A stretch of DNA of 37,455 nt, from contig JBDUAG010000001.1 of NCBI GenBank assembly GCA_040004785.1, forward strand, positions 1 to 37,455. Direction: 5' to 3'. The notes under the pieces were generated by a model that was not told the origin of the DNA, did no database searches, and saw only the letters and a list, made by a program, of their open reading frames with translations. This stretch comes from Burkholderiales bacterium (GTDB lineage Bacteria > Pseudomonadota > Gammaproteobacteria > Burkholderiales > Burkholderiaceae_C). Below are positions 1-10,732 of the stretch, piece by piece. Position numbers and translations under genes: made by a program. Numbering within the stretch: position 1 is the first letter of the stretch; the number at the start of each line of letters is the position of its first letter.

Positions 1-362
1 TAGACCGGCACCAGCATCATGTCCATGAAGGGCGACTTGGCCGGCTTGTCGAACTTGTTCCCCGGCACCATCGGGTCGTGGTAGTACAGAACTTTGCTGC
101 CGGTGCTCGGATCGATATCGCCTGCCTTGATGCCCGCTTGGATGTGGCGACGCGTGGCTTCTTCGCCCTCGGCGATGCTCTGCGGCAGCTTGCCACCTGC
201 AGTCTGGCTGGCGCCGGAGTCGGCAGTAGCTGCCGACGTGGACGAGGCATTTATCCCCATGCCACGCTGCATGCCGAACCTGTACAAGCCGTAGCTGCCT
301 CCGCCCAATGCGGCGAGGGAGCCGACGACCACCAGGGCGATCGCCAGAGGTTTGAGTTTCAT
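1..362 (-). CDS. cusB: CusB-like heavy-metal efflux RND periplasmic adaptor, N-terminal part (runs off window)
   Basis: Manual translation from ATG at 362: MKLKPLAIALVVVGSLAALGGGSYGLY...KVLYYHDPMVPGNKFDKPAKSPFMDMMLVPV. N-terminal hydrophobic anchor plus the YYxDPM..FDKPxKSPFMDM heavy-metal-binding motif. Not in the supplied ORF track. Confidence 0.85.
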   Translation of the reverse strand, partial: MKLKPLAIALVVVGSLAALGGGSYGLYRFGMQRGMGINASSTSAATADSGASQTAGGKLPQSIAEGEEATRRHIQAGIKAGDIDPSTGSKVLYYHDPMVPGNKFDKPAKSPFMDMMLVPV

Positions 363-382
363 GGTTTGGTTGTCCCGAGTAT

Positions 383-1699
383 TCAAGGGCGAAGCGCAAC
401 CGGAGTGTCGTGGCCGACCGGCACGAGGTAGTTGAGCTGGGACCACAGGCGCGCGGCATCCATCTCCAGGCGCAGCCGCTCCATGCGTGTGTCGATCTCG
501 CCTCGGCGTGCCTCCAACACCGCTGTCAGCGGGCCACTGCCACCACGGTACGCCGCAATCGACGCTCGCGTCCGCTCGGTGGCCAGCGGCAGCAGCGAGG
601 TGTCGTAGCGGGTCAGCCGATCCCGATCGCTGCGCCATTCCTGAAGCATCGCCAGTGCTTCACCGAGGTGCGCGCGCGTCGCTTCTTCGCGCTCGGCCCG
701 AATCTGTTCGACGACGGAGAGCTTGGCCGCCACTTCGCGATCCTGTCGGTTCTTCTGATCCCATTGCAGGGGCACCGACAGGTTCAGTGACACCATGTTG
801 GAATACGAGGAGGCGCGTTGGCTGTAGGTCAGCTCAACGCTGACATCGGTTTGCTTGTTTGCGCGCGCAACATCGGCGTCGGCCTGTGCCATCGCCTCCT
901 GCTTGGCCAACACGGCGATCTGCGGATGGTGGGCAAGCTGGGCTTCGAGGTCTTCGGCGTGCAGGCGGACCGCGTCCATTCCGGGCGGCGAACCGAGCGA
1001 CTCGACAGCAGCAGCACCGACCCAGCGGGTAAGCTGCGTCGTCGCGGTGGCGATCTGGCGTTCGGTCTGCGCGATGCGATCCTCGATCTGCGCAACGCTG
1101 GAGCGTGCCGCGAACACATCGGCCTGCGACCCCCGGCCGCTGCGATACGAGGCGTCCGCTGCGTCGATCTGCAACCTGGCTTCGTCACGCTGCGTCCCCA
1201 GCACGTCACGCATGCGTTCCTTGTAATGACGGTCCAGCCACGCCATCGCGGTGTCACGCTGAAGGTTGGCTAGTGAGAGTTCGCGGCCCGCCTCGGCCAC
1301 CTCCGCCTCGCGCTCGAATCGTGCGGAACGCGCGCTGAGCTTGCTGGCGCGCGTGAGTTCCTGCGACACGCCGACCGAGAGCATCGTGAAGTTGTCGCGA
1401 ACAAGGCTGAAGCGATCCGCACCGCTGACGGGCAGGCTGTTCAGGCCGGTCTTCAGAACCGGGTCCGGCCTCTGCCCGGCCGCGAGCGCCATGTCGCGCG
1501 CAGCGGCTGCCGCAGCGGCCTGGGCGGGCAGTTGGCGAGAACGCTCCTGCGCCAAGCGCAAGGCGTCATCGAGCGTCAGCGGGGCCGCGTGCGCGAGGAG
1601 CCCGACGAAGCCGAGGATCCCGCTGAGGGAGACACGACACAAGCCTGTCGCCAGCGACAGCAGGTGCTCGATGGACGAGCGATGGGAATGCAAAACCAT
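383..1699 (-). CDS. TolC/CusC-like outer membrane efflux protein
   Basis: ORF 383..1750; likely start ATG 1699 with GGAGA upstream. Signal-like N-terminus, LTLDDALRLA and SVGVSQEL / LSVPLQWD outer-membrane-factor segments, directly upstream of cusB. Confidence 0.85.
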   Translation of the reverse strand: MVLHSHRSSIEHLLSLATGLCRVSLSGILGFVGLLAHAAPLTLDDALRLAQERSRQLPAQAAAAAAARDMALAAGQRPDPVLKTGLNSLPVSGADRFSLVRDNFTMLSVGVSQELTRASKLSARSARFEREAEVAEAGRELSLANLQRDTAMAWLDRHYKERMRDVLGTQRDEARLQIDAADASYRSGRGSQADVFAARSSVAQIEDRIAQTERQIATATTQLTRWVGAAAVESLGSPPGMDAVRLHAEDLEAQLAHHPQIAVLAKQEAMAQADADVARANKQTDVSVELTYSQRASSYSNMVSLNLSVPLQWDQKNRQDREVAAKLSVVEQIRAEREEATRAHLGEALAMLQEWRSDRDRLTRYDTSLLPLATERTRASIAAYRGGSGPLTAVLEARRGEIDTRMERLRLEMDAARLWSQLNYLVPVGHDTPVALRP

Positions 1700-1830
1700 G
1701 GGATCTCCTGACGAACGACGAGGTCGAAGTTCGGCTCGTCGCGATGGCATGAACCAAGCGCGCGAGCGCGACCACGTGCGCTCAAGGCCGACGTTGCCGT
1801 CAGGCCCGCAGCGCGCGCGGCGTCAGGGAA

Positions 1831-2253
1831 TCAGATGCGGAAGACGCAGTGCAGGATGGCGTGCGGCGGCTCTGGCGCAGCATCCAAATGAGCGTCAGGA
1901 GCCGGGAAGGACCGGCCGGGACCGAGCGAGTGCTGCGGTTCGATGGGAAGCGAATACAGGAATGTCGGGATACCCAGGCTCACAACAGGCGCAGAGGCCG
2001 TGTCGGCGCTCTGCTGGCCTTGGCGGCAATGCTCGGCACAGAGGTTTGCCGCGTCCGGGTCGAGCTGATCACAGCCGGGTGGCATCCCGGTCGTCGTTGC
2101 TACCTGGGTGGCTTCAGGGGATGTGGCCGCCGCCATCGAGGCCGCTCCCATCAGGCTCGGGCACGCGTAACTTGCCACCGCAAATTGCGCAAACAGCACC
2201 ACGCCGATCAGCACGCGGCTGATGGCTTTGCTCATTGCGCGGGAAATTTGCAT
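1831..2253 (-). CDS. Small Cys/His-containing protein preceding cus-type efflux genes (putative metal-binding)
   Basis: Hydrophobic N-terminus (LIGVVLFAQFAVASYACP), LCAEHC motif, C-terminal PPHAILHCVFRI; co-oriented upstream of the efflux genes. Confidence 0.65.
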   Translation of the reverse strand: MQISRAMSKAISRVLIGVVLFAQFAVASYACPSLMGAASMAAATSPEATQVATTTGMPPGCDQLDPDAANLCAEHCRQGQQSADTASAPVVSLGIPTFLYSLPIEPQHSLGPGRSFPAPDAHLDAAPEPPHAILHCVFRI

Positions 2254-2374
2254 CGAAAGGAGTTTGAGGGGACTCTGACGCGAAGTCTAGCGCGCGTCTG
2301 TGAAGTCGTTTTGGTGGATCAAGTTCACCCGCGTGTTCGTCGCAGAGTCCAGGCTTTGATTACAACTGCCCAGA

Positions 2375-2541
2375 CGTAGACCGAAGCAAAGTAGTCTCAA
2401 GCGCGAGGGTAAAGTAGTCACTCTGTCTTTGCCGAGCGGCGCCGACTGCTGCATAGCGAGGCTGGGCGGGGCCTGCAGCGATTTGCGAAGCAAAGTCGTC
2501 AGTCGAAGGCTGCCGAGAACGCGGCGAAGCAAAGTAGTCAC
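2375..2541. repeat. Transposon end with four direct repeats of consensus CGAAGCAAAGTAGTCA (putative TnsB-type binding sites)
   Basis: Copies at 2382-2396, about 2405-2420 (degenerate), 2486-2501 and 2525-2541; terminal CGTAGA at 2375; lies just downstream of tniQ. Confidence 0.8.
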
Positions 2542-2586
2542 CGGCGCCAAATTCGAGCAAGACGCACTCAATGCATCGGTCGATGC

Positions 2587-3174
2587 TCAAGCGTTGCAGT
2601 GTGAGCGCGTGATCGCGCGCCGCAGCTCGGGAGGAGGGCGCTGGGGCATGAAGCTCCTGCCCCAACCTGCATAGGGCCTGCGACAGTTCGCACAGCGAAA
2701 CGGCGCGTTGAGCAGCTTGGCGTTGAGACGGTACTCGGTCGAAGAGCCGCAACCGCGGCAACATTCCTCCAGCGCGTCGCGATGGCAGGGGCAGTGCGTC
2801 GCGCCGATCGTTTGATGCATGACGCCGTGATAGCCGAGCTCCATGCATGGCGTGCAAAACCGAAGCCGATCATGCATCCGTCGCTGACCGTGAGGCGATT
2901 CAATACCGTCGCGAAGCGCCCGCTTGGGAATCTTGAACGACTTGGCCAGCGCCAACACATCGACATGCATCAACGTCGCCGGGATGCCCTCGTAAGGGTC
3001 AACGGTTCGCCGCGCGAGTTGCATCACGACGAGATGCCCGGGTATCGCGTTCATGCGCGCGAACTTCCAGGCGATCGCGACGATGGTCTCGTGTGGCATG
3101 AGCCAGGCGCGGTCGAAGAAATAGCCGTACGTCGGGCTCAGGCGGCCCTCACCGAAGGTCAGGATGGGCAGCAT
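2587..3174 (-). CDS. tniQ: TniQ family protein
   Basis: PHETIVAIAWKFARMN N-terminus, LRFCTPC..GYH....Q...CPCH...L..CCRGCG and C-terminal CANC zinc motifs; immediately downstream of a TnsC-like ATPase. Confidence 0.75.
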   Translation of the reverse strand: MLPILTFGEGRLSPTYGYFFDRAWLMPHETIVAIAWKFARMNAIPGHLVVMQLARRTVDPYEGIPATLMHVDVLALAKSFKIPKRALRDGIESPHGQRRMHDRLRFCTPCMELGYHGVMHQTIGATHCPCHRDALEECCRGCGSSTEYRLNAKLLNAPFRCANCRRPYAGWGRSFMPQRPPPELRRAITRSHCNA

Positions 3175-3206
3175 CTGAACGACTCGCTCGGGTGGGCGTG
3201 AGCGGC

Positions 3207-3937
3207 TTACGCGGCGCGTCGGGCCTTGCTCGTGTCAGGCGCGGCTTCCCTGCGAATCGCCAGGCGCGCTTGCACATAACCGCAGTCCTTGACGGCAGCG
3301 TCCCAGACCGCCGCGTCGGGGCGTTGCCCGGTCGAGTCGCCGTCCCAGCTCCGTTTGAGCATGATCTCCACGGCGCGAGCGAACGACTCCATCGGAATCT
3401 CGAGCGCGCCTGGCAAGCCGTTCCTGTTGTGCAACTCCTCGAAGGAATTCCACAGAAGTTGGGCGTCATCGGCGAGTTTGTAGCCCGAGGCGACGGCGTT
3501 GGGAACGAAGAAGCGCGTGAAGCTCCAATCGGTGCCGCGAGGAAAGCTCGTCTCGTCGTAGCTATGCAAGCAGGTGGCGGCATCTGCGGCATCGCGCAGC
3601 CCGTGAAAGCGAAGCTCCTCCACCATCAGGCGTGCGACGATCTGCGTCTTGTGCGCCAGCTGAAACGCGGTCTTGACCGAGCGCAACTCCTCCTGGCCGA
3701 TCAGGAAAGTGAAGAGTCGGATGTTGATCCGATCGAGGTGGTCGTGCACGTCGCGCAGCCACTCGTATTCGTTCTCGCTGTAGCGCTGCGCTTCGTCGAA
3801 GAACATGGCCACCGTGCCGCTGCCATTGCGGGCACACGCGTCCTTGATCCGATTGATGAGCTTCAGGCGCTTGGCCGGGTTCGTGCCGCGATCCGGGTCC
3901 GGGCACCCCGTAGCCTCGAGCAGGCTGGTGAAGAACC
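3207..3937 (-). pseudogene. TnsC/TniB-like AAA+ ATPase, N-terminally truncated
   Basis: Walker B-like MFFDEAQR and FLIGQEEL sensor segment present. No Walker A; upstream sequence switches to an ada fragment on the opposite strand at about 3938. Confidence 0.7.
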
Positions 3938-4200
3938 GAGCAGGCCGGCTCCGGCCCTGCCGGCGCTGCAAGTCCGACCAACTGAGCATGGCCGCACAAC
4001 GGGCCGCCAAGGTGGCCGCGCTGTGCCGCTACATCGAGCAGGCAGAGCATGTGCCGACGCTGGCCGAATGGGCCGAACGTGCGGGCTTGAGCACATTCCA
4101 TCTGCACCGCTTGTTCAATGCCATCAGCGGCCTGACGCCGCGCGACTATGCCAACGGCCGGCGTGCGCAGCGTTTTCGGCGCGAGCTAGAGGCGGGCCGC
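3938..4200 (+). pseudogene. ada: Fragment of Ada-type regulator (end of Zn domain plus AraC HTH)
   Basis: RPCRRCKSDQ (Ada RPCxRC zinc motif) followed by CRYIEQAEHVPTLAEWAERAGLSTFHLHRLFNAISGLTPRDYA; both ends missing. Confidence 0.75.
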
Positions 4201-4204
4201 CCCA

Positions 4205-4785
4205 GGTCACTGCGAACGTCACCGCCCCGAGCAGACCTCGCTGTAACCTGATGCAGCAGCATGCGGCCAGCTTCATTGCCCACACCGAAGCCAGCACCGG
4301 CAGCGAAATGCCGCGCTCCATCTAAGACGAGTTCGTTGCCTTTCTCGAGTGCGGCATCTCATCCTGGCGCACGGCTTCCTGAGATTGCGCCGCAGCGGGT
4401 GCGGTCACGACAAGGTCTTGGCCTTAAGCTGCAAGCGGCACGGGTTCCGCCCCTCGTGCGGCGCGCGGCGCATGTCGCAGACCGCGGTGCACCTGGTGGA
4501 CCACGTCATCCCTCATGTCCCGGTGCGGCAGTGGGTGCTGTCGCCGCCGATCCCGCTGCGTCTGCAGCTGGCCGCGCAGCCCGAGCTGGTCACGCCCGTG
4601 CTGCAGGTGGTGCAGCGCGTGCTCACGCGCCATCTGCGGGACGGCGCCCAGCTCGAGGCCGACGAAGGCCACGGCGGCGCCGTCACGCTGATCCAGCGCT
4701 TCGGGCTCCGCCGCCAACCTCAGCATACATCTACATTGCCTGGTGCTGGACGGCGTGTACCGGTGCGGTGCCGATGGCCACCTCA
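4205..4785 (+). pseudogene. IS91-family (rolling-circle, Y2) transposase, N-terminal remnant
   Basis: Across frameshifts and a stop: ERHRPEQT..QQHAASFIAHTEAST..*DEF.AFLECGI/LAHGFLRLR..CGHDK..SCKRHGF.PSCGARRM..HLVDHVIPHVPVRQWVLS..GAVTLIQRFG..NL.IHLHCLVLDGVY (zinc-binding domain plus HUH motif). Confidence 0.85.
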
Positions 4786-5008
4786 GGCCGGTCCCGAGCT
4801 CGTCCTGGGCGTTCCTGAGGGCGCTTGAAACCGCTATGCACTGTCGGCTCGCACGTTGACGAATGTCACGTGCTACAGCGACCGGCGGCTGGATACTGCG
4901 ACGTGCAGAGTTCCGCCACATTGAGCACTTCGACATCGTGCGGGAAATTGACGAATCACCATGATTGCCGCTCCGACGTTTTCCGCCCGAGCCCGCCGGT
5001 AGATCGCC

Positions 5009-7915
5009 GTGCAGGTTGACTTCGACGCCGTTGGGCGCGCCTTGCAAGCCATCGCCGGCGAAACCGTTCCGGCCGCGCTGCTCAGGACGCTGATGCCGAT
5101 CGTGCTGGAACACGCGGGAGCGCAACACGGCCATCTGCTCCTGGTTCGCGAGGGTGCGCTGACGCCGGTCGCCGAAGCCCGGTTCGACCAGAAGACCATG
5201 GCCGTCAGCGTTCTGGGCGATGTGCAACTCGGCGAGGCATCACTGCCGGCCACCCTTTTCGATGCCGTACGCCGCACGCGGGAGCCCGTGCTGCTTGGCG
5301 ACGCCGCGGTCGCGAATCCCTACTCCAGCGACGAGTATTTCACGAGCCATCGCCCGAAGTCCGTGCTGTGCCTGCCCATCGTCCGCCCGACAGGACTGGC
5401 CGGACTGCTCTACCTGGAGAATGAGACCGTCAGTCATGCGTTCAGCCGTGATCGAGTGGCCGTGATCGGACTTCTCGCGGCCCAGGCGGCGATCTCGTTG
5501 GAAAACGCCTTCGCGTGCGCCGCGGTTCGCGAAAGCGAAGCCCTGTACCGTTCGTTGATCGAAGCGCTGCCCAACCCGTTCTATTTCAAGGACGTCAACG
5601 CCCGATATCGAGCCTGCAACGCCGCCTTCGAACAACACGCCGGGCTGGCCCGGCAAGAAATCATCGGGCGGACCTCGCACGACATCTTTCCCAAGGCGCT
5701 GGCCGACGCGGAGCTCGCCGCCGACACAGCGCTGCTGGAGCACCGGGGCACCTCCGTGCACGAAGCCCAGGTCATGGGGCCCAACGGATCGCTGCGCGAC
5801 GTCGTCTCGCGCCGCGCGACCGTGGACCGGACCGATGGCACACCCGCAGGCGTCGCGGGGATCCTGTTCGACGTGACTGACCGCAATGAGGCGGAAAGGG
5901 TGATGGCCGAATACGCGCTGATCGTTGAATCCACCGACGACGCCATCATCGGCAAGACGATCGATGGCTTCATCACCACCTGGAACAATGGCGCCGAACG
6001 CATGCTGGGTTACACGGCCGAGGAAATCATCGGCCGCCCGATCGACATCCTGATCCCTGGCGAGCGCCTCGGCGAGGAGCGCCAGATCCAGGAGCAGCTC
6101 CGCCGCGGACATCGCGTCGGGCACTTCGAGACCGTGCGGCGCTGCAAGGACGGGCACTTGATCGACGTCTCGATCTCGGTATCACCATTGCGCAATCACG
6201 AAGGCGAGGTTGTAGGAGCCTCCAAGATCGCGCGCGATATCACCGAGCGCAAGGCGGCCGAGCTCGCCTTGCGCCGCTACAGCGACCAGCTGGAAGACAC
6301 CGTGCGGCAACGCACGGCCGAACTCATACTCGCGCGCGATGCCGCCCAGGCGGCGAACCAGACCAAGAGTGCCTTCCTGGCGAACATGAGCCATGAGATT
6401 CGCACGCCGATGAACGCGATCATCGGCCTGACCCACCTGCTGCGACGCGCCGAGCCGACCCGGCAGCAAGCTGAACGGCTGGAGAAGATCGGCATCGCCG
6501 CCGACCACCTGCTTTCCGTCATCAACGACATTCTCGACCTGTCCAAGATCGAAGCCGGCAAGCTCGAGATCGAGCACGAGAATTTCGAGCTGAGTGCCGT
6601 CCTCGATCACGTCTGGTCGCTGGTGAGCGACGCTGCCCAGGCCAAAGGCCTGACGATCGAGGTCGACCCGGACGGCGTCCCGTTGTGGCTGCGCGGCGAT
6701 GCGACCCGCCTGCGGCAGGCGCTGCTCAACTACGCCAGCAACGCCATCAAGTTCACGGAGCACGGCCGCGTCATCCTGCGCGCGATCCTGCTGGAGGACC
6801 GGGGCGACGAGGTGTGCGTCCGGTTCGAAGTCCGGGACACCGGCATCGGCCTCACGGCCGACAAGCTGCCAAGCCTCTTCAGGGCCTTTGAACAGGCGCA
6901 TGCCTCGACCACCCGCCAGTACGGTGGCACCGGCCTGGGCCTGGCGATCACCAAGCGGCTGGCGGTCCTGATGGGTGGTGACGCCGGTGTCGACAGCGAA
7001 CCGGGCCAGGGCAGCACCTTCTGGCTCACCGCCGTGCTGCAGCGCGGACACGGCGTCATGCCGGCGCCCGTCGACCGGGCGGAGGCTGCTGAGGCCCGAT
7101 TGCGCCGTGAGTCCCTCGGTAGCCGGCTGCTGCTGGTGGAAGACGATCCGATCAACCAGGAGGTGGCGCTCGAACTGCTGCACGCGGTCGGCCTGGCGGT
7201 GGAGGTCGCGAGCAACGGCCTGGCGGCGGTGCAGATGGCCGCGCGCGGCCGCTACGACCTCGTCCTTATGGACATGCAGATGCCGCAGATGAACGGCCTG
7301 GACGCGACGCGGGCGATACGTCGCCTTCCCGGCCAGGCCTTGACGCCGATCCTCGCCATGACGGCCAACGCATTCAGCGACGATCGCCATGCCTGCCAGG
7401 ACGCCGGCATGAATGACTTCATCGCCAAGCCGGTGAATCCGGACGACCTCTACCGGACGTTGCTGAAGTGGTTGCGCCCCGCAGCTTCTCGAGCAATGCC
7501 CGCCGCACCGATGCGCGAGGCAAGCGCTACCGCGGCACCGGCCGACCTGGAGCAGATGTTGGGGCGCCTGGCGGCCATTGCGGGGCTGAATGTGGCGCAG
7601 GGCCTGGAACGCATGGCCGGCAACCGCCCCGGATACGTGCGCCTCCTCAGGATAATGACCACCGCTGGCGGCGACATGGCGAAGCAACTCTCCGACGCCA
7701 TCGCCGCGGTGGACCTCTCGGCGCTCGAACACGTTGCGCACGACCTGAAAGGGACGGCGGGCAACGTGGGGGCCGTCGAGGTCGAGGAAGGGGCCGCGGC
7801 CCTCGACGCCGAACTCAGGGGCCGATTGGGAGCACAGTCCGCCGTCGCGCTCGGCAACGCGTTGCTTGGCACGCTGGAGCGATTGATCAAAGACATTCAG
7901 GACGCGCTGCGATAG
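5009..7915 (+). CDS. Hybrid sensor histidine kinase (GAF-PAS-PAS-HisKA-HATPase-REC-HPt)
   Basis: H-box [17 protein letters not shown]-box [13 protein letters not shown]-boxes DTGIG and GGTGLGL, receiver LLVEDD..LMDMQMP..AMTANA..KP, HPt [16 protein letters not shown] start uncertain; no transmembrane segment seen. Confidence 0.92.
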   Translation: MQVDFDAVGRALQAIAGETVPAALLRTLMPIVLEHAGAQHGHLLLVREGALTPVAEARFDQKTMAVSVLGDVQLGEASLPATLFDAVRRTREPVLLGDAAVANPYSSDEYFTSHRPKSVLCLPIVRPTGLAGLLYLENETVSHAFSRDRVAVIGLLAAQAAISLENAFACAAVRESEALYRSLIEALPNPFYFKDVNARYRACNAAFEQHAGLARQEIIGRTSHDIFPKALADAELAADTALLEHRGTSVHEAQVMGPNGSLRDVVSRRATVDRTDGTPAGVAGILFDVTDRNEAERVMAEYALIVESTDDAIIGKTIDGFITTWNNGAERMLGYTAEEIIGRPIDILIPGERLGEERQIQEQLRRGHRVGHFETVRRCKDGHLIDVSISVSPLRNHEGEVVGASKIARDITERKAAELALRRYSDQLEDTVRQRTAELILARDAAQAANQTKSAFLANMSHEIRTPMNAIIGLTHLLRRAEPTRQQAERLEKIGIAADHLLSVINDILDLSKIEAGKLEIEHENFELSAVLDHVWSLVSDAAQAKGLTIEVDPDGVPLWLRGDATRLRQALLNYASNAIKFTEHGRVILRAILLEDRGDEVCVRFEVRDTGIGLTADKLPSLFRAFEQAHASTTRQYGGTGLGLAITKRLAVLMGGDAGVDSEPGQGSTFWLTAVLQRGHGVMPAPVDRAEAAEARLRRESLGSRLLLVEDDPINQEVALELLHAVGLAVEVASNGLAAVQMAARGRYDLVLMDMQMPQMNGLDATRAIRRLPGQALTPILAMTANAFSDDRHACQDAGMNDFIAKPVNPDDLYRTLLKWLRPAASRAMPAAPMREASATAAPADLEQMLGRLAAIAGLNVAQGLERMAGNRPGYVRLLRIMTTAGGDMAKQLSDAIAAVDLSALEHVAHDLKGTAGNVGAVEVEEGAAALDAELRGRLGAQSAVALGNALLGTLERLIKDIQDALR

Positions 7916-8166
7916 CGTGACCCCGCGCGCCGTCGGTGGGGCTCAACGGCCGTGGCTTGTGGCTTGCGAGACGCCGACCCGGATCCTGCCCTCTCGAGGG
8001 CGCGCACGCCATTGCCGAGTCGCTGGCATTGTGGTGGCCGTTGATGGCCAGTGGGCGCAGATCGATGTGGTCTGGCATCCATGAACTTCGGTCGGCCCAA
8101 AGGCCGGACCTCCTCAAGTTCACCGAGCGCCCTCCGAAATCACAAATGACAGCCATCGGAGTTCCA

Positions 8167-9714
8167 ATGCGCGAGAACCTGCCCATCACGAATCGTGAGT
8201 ACGACTTCCCTGCGAACGCGACGCTCATGTCGACGACCGATCCGCAGAGCCACATCACCTATGCGAACGACGCATTCGTCTCGGTGAGCGGTTTCACGCG
8301 GGAGGAAATCCAGGGGAGCCCGCACAACATGGTCCGCCACCCGGACATGCCTCCCGAAGCCTTCGCCGACATGTGGGCGACGCTCAAAGGGGGCGAGCCG
8401 TGGACCGCGCTGGTGAAGAACCGCCGCAAGAACGGCGACCACTACTGGGTCCGCGCCAATGCGACGCCGGTCATGCATGACGGCAGGATCACGGGCTACA
8501 TGTCCGTGCGCACCAAGCCGTCGCGCCAAGACATCGATGCAGCCGCGGCACTGTATGCCGATTTCCGAAGCGGCAAGGCGACTCACCTCAAATTCAACAA
8601 GGGGCTCATCGCCCGGACGGGGCTGATGGCGTGGACCTCTGTGATGCAGACGATGCCGGTTCGCTGGCGCATCCGCATCGCGATGCTCTCGGCGTTCCCG
8701 GCGATGGTCGCCTGCGGGGCTCTTCTGGGCAGCATGTCCGGCTTAGCCCTGGCCGAATTCGCAGCGGCGGTCGCTGCGTGCCTGATGCTTGCCACATGGT
8801 GGCTGCACGCCCAGGTCTCCCTGCCGCTCGAACAGATGCGCGATCAGGCGCTCCGAGTGGCCACGGGCGACACGAAGACGGCGCTTCATCTGAACCGCAC
8901 CGACGAAATCGGCATGACGCTGCGCACGATCGGACAGCTGGGCCTGATGTTCCGCTGGATCATCGACGACGTGAGCGGCCAGGTGAACAGCGCCAAGGTC
9001 GCAACAGCCGAGATTGCCCAAGGTAACGTCGACTTGAGTGCGCGCACGGAGCAGGCCGCCGCCAGCGTGGAAGAGACAGCGTCCTCGATGGAAGAAATGA
9101 CCGCGACCGTCAAGAACAACGCGAGTACGGCACAACAGGCGACAGAGGTCTCCGGCAGCGCCAGCGCAGCGGCGGCAAAGGGTGGCAAGGTTGTTTCCAA
9201 CGTCGTGTCCACGATGAACGACATCACGCACAGCTCGAAGAAGATCGCCGACATCATTGGCGTGATCGACTCGATCGCCTTCCAGACCAACATCCTGGCG
9301 CTGAACGCTGCGGTCGAAGCGGCCCGCGCCGGTGAGCAGGGTCGCGGATTCGCAGTGGTCGCCTCGGAGGTGCGCTCGCTCGCGCACCGCAGCGCCGATG
9401 CTGCCAAGGAGATCAAGCTGCTGATCAACACCTCGGTCGAAAAGGTGGAGTCGGGCGTCAGGACCGTGGACGACGCTGGCCGGACGATGGACGACATCGT
9501 CTCCCAGGTGAATCGCGTCTCCAGCATGATCGCCGAGATCGCGACCGCCACCAGTGAGCAAAGCGACGGCATCTCCCAGGTGTCCGAGGCGATCGGCCAC
9601 CTCGACCAAGTGACTCAACAGAATGCGGCGCCGGTCGAGCAGAGCACCGCGGCATCCGAGAGCCTGAAGCAACAGATGAATCGCCTCGCGGACGCAGTCG
9701 GCGTTTTCGAATGA
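8167..9714 (+). CDS. aer: Aer-like PAS-domain methyl-accepting chemotaxis protein
   Basis: ATG 8167: [68 protein letters not shown]; membrane hairpin; MCP tip [30 protein letters not shown]. Confidence 0.9.
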   Translation: MRENLPITNREYDFPANATLMSTTDPQSHITYANDAFVSVSGFTREEIQGSPHNMVRHPDMPPEAFADMWATLKGGEPWTALVKNRRKNGDHYWVRANATPVMHDGRITGYMSVRTKPSRQDIDAAAALYADFRSGKATHLKFNKGLIARTGLMAWTSVMQTMPVRWRIRIAMLSAFPAMVACGALLGSMSGLALAEFAAAVAACLMLATWWLHAQVSLPLEQMRDQALRVATGDTKTALHLNRTDEIGMTLRTIGQLGLMFRWIIDDVSGQVNSAKVATAEIAQGNVDLSARTEQAAASVEETASSMEEMTATVKNNASTAQQATEVSGSASAAAAKGGKVVSNVVSTMNDITHSSKKIADIIGVIDSIAFQTNILALNAAVEAARAGEQGRGFAVVASEVRSLAHRSADAAKEIKLLINTSVEKVESGVRTVDDAGRTMDDIVSQVNRVSSMIAEIATATSEQSDGISQVSEAIGHLDQVTQQNAAPVEQSTAASESLKQQMNRLADAVGVFE

Positions 9715-9988
9715 TCTTCACCCTGCTGCTGCTCGGCCTGGTCTGTCATGTGCGAGGGCGCCTTCCTTGACACGTACGCCGTCCAGCCATTCGATTCGGT
9801 CGATTGGGTAGGGGGTGTTGGCCACACCGGACTGAACCCTGCCGCGGATCTCTTGGCGACGCGAACGCCGCACCGCGCTACTTGAACGATCGGTCATGGT
9901 GTCGGCGAGCGGGCACGCCGATCCCTGTTCCACTCGTCATGGTGTCCACCATCTCTGGGGCCCACTTCATCAGGTCAGATGCACTACC

Positions 9989-10066
9989 CCGACCTGCGGG
10001 GGCCAGCTATAGATCATCGCGGCGATCCTCGAACAGCCGGTCATCGAGACAATCTTCACGCACCTG
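9989..10066 (+). pseudogene. IS91-family transposase C-terminal remnant
   Basis: Manual translation PTCGGQL*IIAAILEQPVIETIFTHL resembles the CPxCGGELKIIAAILExPVIEKILTHL tail of IS91-family transposases. Confidence 0.65.
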
Positions 10067-10215
10067 TCAGCTGATGTTTAGGTTTATCCGATATCCGCCC
10101 GTGACACGAGACCACGTGGTGGTGTGGCGCGGCCTGAGGGCGGATGTTGGGATAAACCTAAACATTTGCAGCCGTTGGCGAAGGGGAGCTATCTGACGCC
10201 CTAGACGGAGCGCGG

Positions 10216-10458
10216 CTACGGCCGCGTCGCTTCTCTTGTCGTCGAAGCGGTGAACTGGTGAATCGACTCGGCAACCGCCTGGTCGATAGCTTCGTTGAAG
10301 CGCACAAGGTCTGCCACCCCGGCCGAACCCAACTGTGGCCTGCTCTCCAGCCACATGCGAATGACGGACGCCCGCAGCGCCCGATACTCAGCCAAAGTCT
10401 GGTTGATATCGAACCCGACAGTTGCGCGCATGTCCCCGTGTGACTGCGCTGCGGTGGG
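10216..10458 (-). pseudogene. Fragment of RsbRD_N-like sensor domain (N-terminal domain of certain histidine kinases), cut by an IS3 end
   Basis: TAAQSHGDMRATVGFDINQTLAEYRALRASVIRMW..DLVRFNEAIDQAVAESI; similarity begins exactly beside the IS inverted repeat at 10459. Confidence 0.6.
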
Positions 10459-10732
10459 TGAACCGCACCGGCTTTCGAGGAGGCCTGTTGGCTTGAGGTC
10501 AAACCGGCGTGGTCTGACTTTCTTTTGGTTGTTTGGGACTTTCATTATTCCAGCCCCCGCAGGGGCCGCCGGAGGCCCCCCGGTTGGGCCATGTACTCAT
10601 GGTTCAACCCTCCTGCAGCGCCGCCGACTGGGCGGGCTTGTTCGTGGTCAACGCCTGAGCTTGCATGCGCCAGTAGTTCGCCTCGGCTTCGGCCGGCGGG
10701 ATGTAGCCGATGGGCTCAAGCAGGCGATGGTG
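10459..10732 (-). mobile_element. IS3-family remnants: right inverted repeat plus transposase C-terminus
   Basis: TGAACCGCACCGGCTTTCGAGGAGGC at 10459 resembles IS51-group ends (TGAACCGCCCCGG). Minus-strand HHRLLEPIGYIPPAEAEANYWR at about 10670-10732 is the typical OrfB tail. Confidence 0.8.

Noticed and set aside
2382-2541. Repeats as a possible mini CRISPR array next to tniQ (CAST)
   Set aside because: Repeats are only about 16 bp, irregularly spaced, mirrored in inverted form at 12607-12735, and no cas genes are present; transposase-binding sites fit better.
6182-7741. 519-aa minus-strand ORF (also 5240..6157 and 8743..9672)
   Set aside because: Antisense shadows of the kinase and MCP genes, common in high-GC DNA; no recognisable motifs.
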